A stretch of 64,000 nt of DNA from Spirochaetia bacterium (GTDB lineage: Bacteria; Spirochaetota; Spirochaetia; SZUA-6; Bin103): NCBI GenBank assembly GCA_965199955.1, contig CBDATQ010000002.1:320001-384000 (forward strand), written 5' to 3'. Under the pieces are notes generated by a model, which saw nothing but the letters and a program-made list of their open reading frames with translations, had not been told where the DNA came from and did no database searches. Shown here piece by piece: positions 1-7,649 of this stretch (the first letter of the stretch is position 1; every line of letters starts with the position of its first letter). A program made the position numbers and the translations under genes.

Positions 1-1195
1 CCGGATGGTCGCGGCAGTGGAACCAGTAGTCGTTGCCGCGGGCCGTATGCCGGAGGATGGCGTCGCTGGCGACTGCCGATCGCCCGACGCGCAGCACCCA
101 GCCGGCTGACGCGAACAGGTTGCCCGGCCCGCCGGACGCGCCGCCGGACGAGTGCCTGGAGGCCGGCTTGGGCGCGGCGCCGGCATCGGTTGTGGAAACG
201 GCCGGGCCCAGCGCACGAAACGCCTGCCAGTGTCGTTGCGCGGCGGCCAATTCGCCCTGCAAGCGCTCGACCGCCGCGCGCCGCCGACGATACTCGTGGA
301 AGTAACGGCTCGCGTTTTCGGCCGGCGACCGCCGCGGGTTCAGCGTGATCTCCGCGCCGCCGTCGGCCGCCGGCAGCCGGCTCACCGATCGGTCGAGGAG
401 ATGGGCGTTGGCCAGGATCGTCTGGCCGGCCGCACGCATGGCCTGGTAGTCGGCTGCGTGTCGCACGGCGGCGCGCAGTCGGGCGATGCGGATGGCGCGG
501 CGCCGGCGCTCGCGCTCGAACCGGATGCGGGCGGCGTGCGCGTCGCTCACGGCGCGTGCGATCCGTTCCCGCGCGCGGTAGTGCGCGTCCAGGCGTGCGC
601 TGTAGTCGCCGGTGCCGGCCAGAGGGCGCAACCGGTAGCGCTGCGGGTCCCGGCCGCCGACCTGGACCGACGGCGCGAAACGGGAGCCGGTCGCCTCCCC
701 GCGTTGCGGGCGCCGGAACAAGGCCTCCAGGATGGTCCCCCGATCATCGGTGACCACGCAGTTCGAGGCGCCGCTCCACAGACGCAGCCAGATGATGCGC
801 CGTCGCGTCCCGGCCCCGCAGTGGATGCGGACGATCCGCTCCGTGCCGAGTTGCAGCGCGGAATCGATTCGGCTTTTGCGCACGTGCGCGCGCAGAAAGG
901 TGGCGAATCGTGACGGGGGTGCTCGCCCTCCCGGAAACGGTTCGGCGGTGCGATGCAGCCGGCTGCCGCCGGCGAGACGGCACAGGAGGGTGAGCCGGCC
1001 GGGGCCGATGCTCCGGTCCGGGGCAGCCGGACGATGCAGTGAGAACAGCAGCGTCGCCGGGCCCGTCTGCGCGACGTCCTGTATGAAGGTGCCCTTGAGA
1101 TCCAGCTCGACGAGTACGCGGTCGATCTCGCGCCAGTTCAACGCCGGCCCGAAGGCCTGAGCTCCGGACGAGGTGCGCGTGCGGTCGTGTGCCAC
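1..1195 (-). CDS. NFACT-family (RqcH/FbpA-like) protein, 3' end truncated by the window edge
   Basis: Not in the ORF track because no stop lies in the window. My minus-strand translation from GTG at 1195 (GGGAG SD 5 nt upstream) gives LNWREIDRVLVELDLKGTFIQ...FLRAHVRKSRIDSALQLGTERIV...WLRLWSGASN, and in the same frame at the edge GWVLRVGRSAVASDAILRHTARGNDYWFHCRDHP (NFACT-R motif). Confidence 0.85.
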   Translation of the reverse strand, partial: MAHDRTRTSSGAQAFGPALNWREIDRVLVELDLKGTFIQDVAQTGPATLLFSLHRPAAPDRSIGPGRLTLLCRLAGGSRLHRTAEPFPGGRAPPSRFATFLRAHVRKSRIDSALQLGTERIVRIHCGAGTRRRIIWLRLWSGASNCVVTDDRGTILEALFRRPQRGEATGSRFAPSVQVGGRDPQRYRLRPLAGTGDYSARLDAHYRARERIARAVSDAHAARIRFERERRRRAIRIARLRAAVRHAADYQAMRAAGQTILANAHLLDRSVSRLPAADGGAEITLNPRRSPAENASRYFHEYRRRRAAVERLQGELAAAQRHWQAFRALGPAVSTTDAGAAPKPASRHSSGGASGGPGNLFASAGWVLRVGRSAVASDAILRHTARGNDYWFHCRDHP

Positions 1196-1363
1196 GAGGA
1201 CTCCCAATGAAACCGGGCCGCGGCCTTCGCGGCTATGCCCGGCGTCTGGTGATGGCCCGGACGGCCTCGACACGGGAGTTTGGTAAGCGGATGTAAGGTC
1301 CGGCGCGAGAGGCGCCGTGAGGCCGGCCGCTTGGCTGGCACCGTTCTTGCTGACCGCTTCGGC

Positions 1364-2566
1364 ATGACGTCTTGCATCATCCGTGTCTCGTTCGTGCTCT
1401 CCGTCGCCGCCACCTTGTCTGCGCAGGAGCTGCAGGTCGACCTCGCCGGCAAGGCCGCGGAGGTCGAGGCCGCGGCCGTCGAGGTTCTCATGGACGACCT
1501 GCGCCTGATCGCCCGAACCGACCGGGACACGGACCGGTCTGTCGCCGGGGTCGATACCGAGTCGCTGACGGTGGGTCCGCTGCGGCTTGCCGGCCTGACC
1601 CGCCTGCTCATGACGACCCCGCTCGGCGTGTATCCCTGGAGTTCCGTGCTGACCGCCGATGGTGGCGCGCTCCTGGACGCGGCACGCGTTCCCTCGGGGC
1701 GGTTCGGCGCGGCGCTGCGAGCCGACGACGCCTACGTCTTCGTGATGCGTCGGTCCGCAACGCTGAACCGGTTCGGAGCCGGCGGAAGAGTCCGGCACGG
1801 TTCCGGCCTGGAAGCGGAACTGGCGGCCGTATTCTCTCGACTCGCGCCTGCGCCCGGGAGAACGCCCGCCGAAGAGCGTGTGGAGCCCCGCGAGCGGATG
1901 ATCCACGCGGTTGCCCGCTTGCGGGGGACCGGCAGCCTGCTGCGGGTGACGGCAATGCCGGTCGTCATGGCGGCAGACCGCCTGCCCCTGTCGGGCGCGG
2001 GAGTGGTCAGCGCGGGGTTGGTCGCCGACTGGCTCACGCTGGACGGCTCGCTGGCGCTCGCCGGCCGAGGCTACTTCACCGGCGACGCGAAACATGCCGC
2101 GGGAGCGGCCGCGGCGCTCCGCATGCGCGTCGCCGGCGACTCCTGGCCGTCGCTGGAGCTCCGCTCGCGGTGGCGCGCCGACGCGAGGCCGGAGCAGATG
2201 TTGTCCGCCCGCCTTGCCGCCGGTGCGGGCGTCTCATCCGGGTTGGCCGGCAGTGCCGAAATCTCCCGTCGAAAGACGCGTTCGTCGGATCGCGTGCGCG
2301 TTTCCGGGCGGGCGGAGGCACGTGATCGCGGCAACCGCGCCTGGCTGTCCGGATCGGCGAACGTGACCGGCGATCGAACGACTCCCCGCGTCGAGATCGG
2401 AACGCGGCTCCGCGTTGATCCTCGGTTGCAGCTCACCGTGGCGGCCGGCTGGGCCGGAGAGTGGAGCGCCCGCGTGGAATGCGTGCTGCGGGAAGCCGGC
2501 AACGAAGCGCGCCTCGACCTCGAGGACGACGGTGACTGGGCCGTCGGCCTTACGCTGGGCCGGTGA
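1364..2566 (+). CDS. Hypothetical secreted protein, possible outer-membrane beta-barrel
   Basis: Long ORF; signal-peptide-like start (MTSCIIRVSFVLSVAATLSA-QE); many alternating hydrophobic/polar segments; C-terminus DWAVGLTLGR. Start is uncertain. Confidence 0.6.
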   Translation: MTSCIIRVSFVLSVAATLSAQELQVDLAGKAAEVEAAAVEVLMDDLRLIARTDRDTDRSVAGVDTESLTVGPLRLAGLTRLLMTTPLGVYPWSSVLTADGGALLDAARVPSGRFGAALRADDAYVFVMRRSATLNRFGAGGRVRHGSGLEAELAAVFSRLAPAPGRTPAEERVEPRERMIHAVARLRGTGSLLRVTAMPVVMAADRLPLSGAGVVSAGLVADWLTLDGSLALAGRGYFTGDAKHAAGAAAALRMRVAGDSWPSLELRSRWRADARPEQMLSARLAAGAGVSSGLAGSAEISRRKTRSSDRVRVSGRAEARDRGNRAWLSGSANVTGDRTTPRVEIGTRLRVDPRLQLTVAAGWAGEWSARVECVLREAGNEARLDLEDDGDWAVGLTLGR

Positions 2567-2579
2567 CCGCGGACTTCCA

Positions 2580-2608
2580 TTGCCCGGCCGGCCGGGGGCG
2601 CGTACTAT
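2580..2608 (+). promoter_or_regulatory. Sigma70-type promoter of cysS
   Basis: TTGCCC(2580-2585)-N17-TACTAT(2603-2608); predicted TSS about 2615. Confidence 0.65.
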
Positions 2609-2614
2609 CCGGGA

Positions 2615-4051
2615 ATCGAAGACACGCTTTCTCTGCACAACACCCTGACCGGCAAGGTGGAGCCGTTCGTGCCCCTGGTCGAAGGCAGGGTCGGGATGTA
2701 CTGCTGCGGGCCGACGGTCTATCTCGACCAGCACCTGGGGAACCTGCGCACGTACCTGTTCGAGGACGTGCTGCGGCGCACCCTGGAAGACTGCGGCTAC
2801 GAGGTCCGCCACGTGATGAACATCACCGACGTGGGCCATCTCACCGACGACGGCGACGATGGCGAGGACAAGATGATCAAGAGCGCCCGCGCCAAGGGCC
2901 TGTCGGTGGAGCAGATCGCCGAGCACTACACCGATCAGTTCTTCCGGGACTGCCGGGCGCTGAACATCACCAGGCCGACGGTGGTGTGCAAGGCGACCGA
3001 TCACATCCCGGACATGATCGCGCTGATCGAGCGGCTGGAGAAGCGCGGCCACACCTACCAGGCCGCCGGCAACGTCTTCTACGATATCTCTACGTTCCCG
3101 GGCTACGGCCAGATGGCTCGGCTCGACCTGGACGAGCTGCAGGCCGGCGCCCGCATCGAGGTGGATGCCAACAAGCGCGGACCGCACGACTTCGGCCTGT
3201 GGTTCACCAAGTCGAAGTTCGAGCGGCAGGCGATGCTGTGGGACTCTCCGTGGGGGACGGGCTATCCGGGCTGGCACATCGAGTGCAGCGCGATGTCGAT
3301 GCGCTACCTGGGCGAGCGCTTCGACATCCATTGCGGCGGCGTCGACCATATCCCGGTGCATCACACCAATGAGGTCGCCCAATCGGATGGAGTGACCGAC
3401 GAACCGTGCGTGCGCTACTGGGTGCACGGCGAGTTCCTGCTGATCGAAGGTGCGCGCATGGCCAAGTCGGGCGGCAATATCGCCACCGTCTCGGACCTGG
3501 TCGAGCGCGGCTTCGAGCCGCTCGACTACCGCTACTTCTGCCTGGGCGCGCACTACCGCGATCAACACACCTTTTCGGCGCAGGGGATGGAGGCCGCGCG
3601 CTCCGCCCGCCGACGCCTGCTCGACCGCGTCGCCGAGCTCGCCGAGCGTGCCGCCGGTGCCGAGTCTCCGGGCACCGAGGAGGAGGCGGAGCGTGCCTGG
3701 CTGCACTTTCGCCGCCAAGCGCGCGACGACCTGCACATGCCGCGCTGTCTGGCCGTGCTGTGGGGCCTGGTGAAGGAGCCGTGCGTGGGCGCGGCTGCCA
3801 AGCTGGACGTACTGCGGCGCATGGACCGCATCCTGGCGATCGGCATGGAGGAGGCTGCCTCGCACCGCACGGAGCTCGCGCCGGAGCTGCGCGATCTGGT
3901 CGAGCGGCGCTCTGCCGCCCGTGCGCAGCGGGACTTCGTCACCGCGGACTCGATTCGCGACGAGCTTGCCGCGCGCGGTGTGGTGCTGGAAGATCGGCCC
4001 GACGGGGTGCGCTGGCGGTACTCGAACGGAAAGGGCCGGCCCAAGTTGTAA
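2615..4051 (+). CDS. cysS: Cysteine--tRNA ligase
   Basis: YCCGPTVY, HLGN (HIGH), PGWHIECSAM, DIHCGGVDH, RMAKS (KMSKS). The conserved LHNTLT lies upstream of the first GTG (2657), so the start is placed tentatively at ATC 2615. Confidence 0.97.
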   Translation: MEDTLSLHNTLTGKVEPFVPLVEGRVGMYCCGPTVYLDQHLGNLRTYLFEDVLRRTLEDCGYEVRHVMNITDVGHLTDDGDDGEDKMIKSARAKGLSVEQIAEHYTDQFFRDCRALNITRPTVVCKATDHIPDMIALIERLEKRGHTYQAAGNVFYDISTFPGYGQMARLDLDELQAGARIEVDANKRGPHDFGLWFTKSKFERQAMLWDSPWGTGYPGWHIECSAMSMRYLGERFDIHCGGVDHIPVHHTNEVAQSDGVTDEPCVRYWVHGEFLLIEGARMAKSGGNIATVSDLVERGFEPLDYRYFCLGAHYRDQHTFSAQGMEAARSARRRLLDRVAELAERAAGAESPGTEEEAERAWLHFRRQARDDLHMPRCLAVLWGLVKEPCVGAAAKLDVLRRMDRILAIGMEEAASHRTELAPELRDLVERRSAARAQRDFVTADSIRDELAARGVVLEDRPDGVRWRYSNGKGRPKL

Positions 4052-4064
4052 CCAAGGGACCGGG

Positions 4065-4598
4065 ATGTTGTTGTCTAACGATGTAGCGGGCCGCGACTTT
4101 GACGAAATCTACCGATCCCTTTTTCCCACCCTGTATCGGGTGGCCTACCGAATCTGCCTGGACCAGGGGGTGGCGGAAGATGTCTGCCAGGAGGCGTTCA
4201 TGCGCTACCTGCGGCGGCCGGCTCCGCTGCCCGACCTCGACCAGACCAAGTACTGGCTGCTGCGGGTGGTACGAAACCTCTCCCTCAACGTCGAGAAGCG
4301 CAGGAAGCGCGAGCTCCGAGCCAACCGCGACGTCACGCGCACTCCGCGGGGGACCCGGGAAGAAACGACCGATGACGATGTGCTGCGTTCCGAGACCCGT
4401 TCCGCGGTCCACGACGCGCTGGGAAAGTTGCCCGTGAACCTGCGGACCCCCCTCGTGATGCGCGAGTACGGAGGCTTGAGCTACCGCGAAATCGCCGGTG
4501 TGCTTCACCTCAGCGAGAGCAACGTAAAGGTGCGCGTGTTTCGCGCTCGGCAGCGCCTTGCCAAAATCCTCGATCCGAGCAGTCTGCATGTTTCCTGA
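4065..4598 (+). CDS. ECF-family RNA polymerase sigma factor
   Basis: AEDVCQEAF, WLLRVVRNL (region 2); LSYREIAGVLHLSESNVKVRVFRAR (region 4). Confidence 0.93.
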   Translation: MLLSNDVAGRDFDEIYRSLFPTLYRVAYRICLDQGVAEDVCQEAFMRYLRRPAPLPDLDQTKYWLLRVVRNLSLNVEKRRKRELRANRDVTRTPRGTREETTDDDVLRSETRSAVHDALGKLPVNLRTPLVMREYGGLSYREIAGVLHLSESNVKVRVFRARQRLAKILDPSSLHVS

Positions 4599-4603
4599 CG
4601 ACC

Positions 4604-5239
4604 ATGTGTCCTGACGACCCTGTCCTGTCGAGCTTCCACGATCACGAGTTGCCGCCCGGAAGCGCCGAGCGCATCGAGGCCCATCTCGCTGGATGCGAGC
4701 ACTGCCGGATGCGCCTGCGGCGTTTTCAGTCCGTTTCGCACCGGTTGATCGAGTGCGAGGAGCCCGACGTGGAAGAGGCGGCGATCCGGGTATGGAGACT
4801 GCTCGGCGCGCAGGCGCCGGCCTCCGCCGGGCGCCGTCGCGGTTCGCTGCGGCTGCCGATCGCGGCCGCGTCGGCGGCGTTGGCGGTCGCCTTCGTGTTC
4901 ACCCTGGCGCTCGGGGACCGTCCGCCGGCCTTGAACGAGTGGGGGCGTGCCGCGTTGAGCCGGTTGGCTGCCGTCCCGGCGGACCCGGTGGCGCCATACG
5001 GCGCAGAGCGCGCGGTGGTGATGGAACTGACGCTCCCGAGCACCAGCGAGTTTCAACTCTTCGGCGCGCCGAAGATTCTGCACGAGGTCGAGCTGCAGCC
5101 GTCTGCGTCGGCGTCGTTCGGCGACTCCGCCACGATGGAGGTGAACCTGCCACCCGTGAGCTATCGGCTGATCGGATCGCCGGTCATCGTGCATGAAGGC
5201 GAGCTGCACCAAGGCGAACGTGCGACAACCATCCCATAG
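4604..5239 (+). CDS. Zinc-finger (HxxxCxxC) transmembrane anti-sigma factor
   Basis: HLAGCEHC ZAS motif, one TM helix (IAAASAALAVAFVFTLAL), directly after the ECF sigma. Confidence 0.85.
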   Translation: MCPDDPVLSSFHDHELPPGSAERIEAHLAGCEHCRMRLRRFQSVSHRLIECEEPDVEEAAIRVWRLLGAQAPASAGRRRGSLRLPIAAASAALAVAFVFTLALGDRPPALNEWGRAALSRLAAVPADPVAPYGAERAVVMELTLPSTSEFQLFGAPKILHEVELQPSASASFGDSATMEVNLPPVSYRLIGSPVIVHEGELHQGERATTIP

Positions 5240-5879
5240 GCGCCGGGGGCTCCGCTCCCTGATCTGCTCCCTGCTGATGGCGGTCGCGGCCGGCGGCACG
5301 CCGCTCGCCGCGCAGAGTGCTCCCGCCGATGCGAGCGGGTCGGGTTCAGCGCTACCGGACGCGTTGCTGGAGGAGTTCGCTGACCGCCCGCTGGAGATTC
5401 GCCTGGCACTCAGTCTGGTCACGCTGGACGGCAGAATCATCATGAAGCTGGATCAGTCGACTCCCACCAAGCCCAGGCAAGCGGTCGGAGCCACCCTGGA
5501 GCAGACAGACCGGCTGAAAGTGGAGGCGCTGTTCACGCCGGTGTGGATCACCGCGGCCGAGCTCACGCTGCACGTCCAGCTCCAGATCTGGGAGGCCGAC
5601 CCGGCCGGCGCATACGGGAGTGAGCCGGTGGCAAGCGCCTACCGCGCCATGCCGGTGGCGCTCGGCGATCACGTGCTGTTGTTCCCCCTCGGCGGCGAGG
5701 ACCAGTTGCAGGGCAACACCAGGCGGTTCCACTTCAGGGCCGATGCCTTTCCGGTCGATCCGCCCCGGCACAACGACGCGGAGGAGGACGGACCGGTGGC
5801 CGTGGTGATCGTGATGGCGGTCCAGGTGGACCTCTACGAAGAGAACGAGGTCCCGCAGCAGCAGAACGCCGTTTCCTGA
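5193..5879 (+). CDS. Hypothetical secreted protein in the ECF operon
   Basis: Signal-peptide-like RRRGLRSLICSLLMAVAAGGTPLAA; overlaps the upstream stop; start may be GTG 5220. Confidence 0.65.
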   Translation: MKASCTKANVRQPSHRRRGLRSLICSLLMAVAAGGTPLAAQSAPADASGSGSALPDALLEEFADRPLEIRLALSLVTLDGRIIMKLDQSTPTKPRQAVGATLEQTDRLKVEALFTPVWITAAELTLHVQLQIWEADPAGAYGSEPVASAYRAMPVALGDHVLLFPLGGEDQLQGNTRRFHFRADAFPVDPPRHNDAEEDGPVAVVIVMAVQVDLYEENEVPQQQNAVS

Positions 5880-5889
5880 GCACCGCCGG

Positions 5890-7548
5890 GTGCTCAGCAT
5901 GCGACCGTGCCCCGGCGTCGCCCGTGCGATGGCCGCCCTGCTCCTGGTGGCGGCTGCGTCCTTCGCGATCTCCAGGTTCGCGACGCCGTCGCCGCGGCTG
6001 CATGCGCTGACGCCTCAGCTGACGACCCCCGGACGGGTCGTCAGCCTGCAGGGTCGCTTTTTCGGCCGCGAGCGCGGTACCAGCGCCGTATCCTTCGCCG
6101 GCGGGGAGCCGCGCGCGAGCGCGTATCGCTCCTGGTCGGACGAGCGCATCGTGGTCGTCGTGCCCGCGACGTTCGCAAGCGGGCTCGTGCGCGTGGTAAC
6201 CCCGGCGGGAGCGAGCAACGGGATCCTGCTGACCCACCGCGATGATCTTCCGAGCCCGGTTGCCGACAGTCGACAGCCCGGGAGCCCTCCTGTCGTCAGG
6301 GAGGTGAGCCCGTCCGCCGCCGCGGTCGGCGAGCAAATCACCATCAGCGGCGCCGGGTTCGGGGCGTCGCCCGGCGCGGTGCGCTTCACTGCGGCGGCCG
6401 GCGGCGAGGGGGCGGCGCGGCCGAACCCCGTAATCGAAAGCTCATCGGTCGACCTGGACCACGTTCGCTGGAGCGATCGCCTGATCGTGGTGCGGGTGCC
6501 CGCGGGCGTGCGCTCGGGAGAGGTGTCGGTCCGTAACGGAACCGGACAGAGCGCCGCCCACGAGTTCGAGGTCCGCAGCGAGGTGGGGACCGTTCGCTAT
6601 CTCGACCCGCGCGGCTACGCGGCGACGTACGCGGTCAGCATCGCCGCGGCGGGTGCCGCCGGCGGCGGCGAGCTCTATCTCTGGATCCCCGCGATCCCGG
6701 AGACGTCGGCGCAGCGGCACCTGGCCGAGCCCTCGGTCAACGAGCGACCGATTCAGCGGGACCCTGCGGGCGTCGGGCTGTTCGGGTTCCGCGATCCGGT
6801 CTCCGGCGTGAGTCGCGAAGTGCGGAGCGACTACCGGATACGGCGCTACGCGATTCAGACGGCCATCGAGCCGTCGTCCGTGCGAGGATACCGCACGGAC
6901 AGCGCCTTCCATGAGCGCTTCACCGGCGGCGACGCGGTCGTGCCGTCCGGCGGGAATCTGCCGGCGATCGCCGAGCGAGCCATGCGGGGCTACGTCAATC
7001 CGCTGTGGCGAGCCCGCCTGACGTTCGACTACGTGGTCGCCCGGCTGCAGCCCGTTGCCGCGGCAGGCGCCCGCATCGCGCCTGCCGGCGCGGGACCCAT
7101 GCAGGTCGTGGCCGCGGCGATCGACGAACGCAGGGCCGCGCCGTACGAGTACGCGCTCACGTTCAGCGCCGTGGCCCGCGCTGCGGGCATCCCCGCACGC
7201 CCCGTGGCGGGATACCTGATAGACGACAGCGCAAGGGCGGTCCCGCACTACTGGGCGGAGTTCTTTCTGGAGGACTTCGGCTGGGTGCCCGTGGACCCGG
7301 CGATGGAAGCCGGTGCATCTCTTCCGGCCCGGCCCGCGGACGACGCGGTGGTCGACCCGTGGTTCGGCAGGCTGGACAGCCGCAGGATCGTGATTGCCAA
7401 GGGGATCTCCGATCCGCAGCCGATCGCACGTGCACGGCGCTTCCAGCGGCCGGAGGTCCCCGGGTTGCAGACCGCGCACGAGGACGTGGGTGCGACCTCC
7501 GAATACCGGACGAACTGGCTGGGGCTTACCGTCACGGACCGTTTCTGA
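5890..7548 (+). CDS. Secreted protein with two IPT/TIG domains and a transglutaminase-like domain lacking the catalytic Cys
   Basis: Two GxxFG...WSDxxIVVxVP repeats; ARAAGIPARPVAGY and HYWAEFFLEDFGWVPVDP. Confidence 0.85.
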   Translation: MLSMRPCPGVARAMAALLLVAAASFAISRFATPSPRLHALTPQLTTPGRVVSLQGRFFGRERGTSAVSFAGGEPRASAYRSWSDERIVVVVPATFASGLVRVVTPAGASNGILLTHRDDLPSPVADSRQPGSPPVVREVSPSAAAVGEQITISGAGFGASPGAVRFTAAAGGEGAARPNPVIESSSVDLDHVRWSDRLIVVRVPAGVRSGEVSVRNGTGQSAAHEFEVRSEVGTVRYLDPRGYAATYAVSIAAAGAAGGGELYLWIPAIPETSAQRHLAEPSVNERPIQRDPAGVGLFGFRDPVSGVSREVRSDYRIRRYAIQTAIEPSSVRGYRTDSAFHERFTGGDAVVPSGGNLPAIAERAMRGYVNPLWRARLTFDYVVARLQPVAAAGARIAPAGAGPMQVVAAAIDERRAAPYEYALTFSAVARAAGIPARPVAGYLIDDSARAVPHYWAEFFLEDFGWVPVDPAMEAGASLPARPADDAVVDPWFGRLDSRRIVIAKGISDPQPIARARRFQRPEVPGLQTAHEDVGATSEYRTNWLGLTVTDRF

Positions 7549-7567
7549 ACCCCGCTGCCGACGGGTC

Positions 7568-7639
7568 AGGCGCCGACCGGAATCGAACCGGTGCATAAAG
7601 GTTTTGCAGACCTCTCCCTTACCACTTGGGTACGGCGCC
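7568..7639 (-). tRNA. tRNA-Cys (GCA), CCA not encoded
   Basis: Reverse complement GGCGCCGTACCCAAGTGGTAAGGGAGAGGTCTGCAAAACCTTTATGCACCGGTTCGATTCCGGTCGGCGCCT folds as a cloverleaf; anticodon loop CT-GCA-AA; discriminator U. Confidence 0.97.
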
Positions 7640-7649
7640 GGGTTGCATG

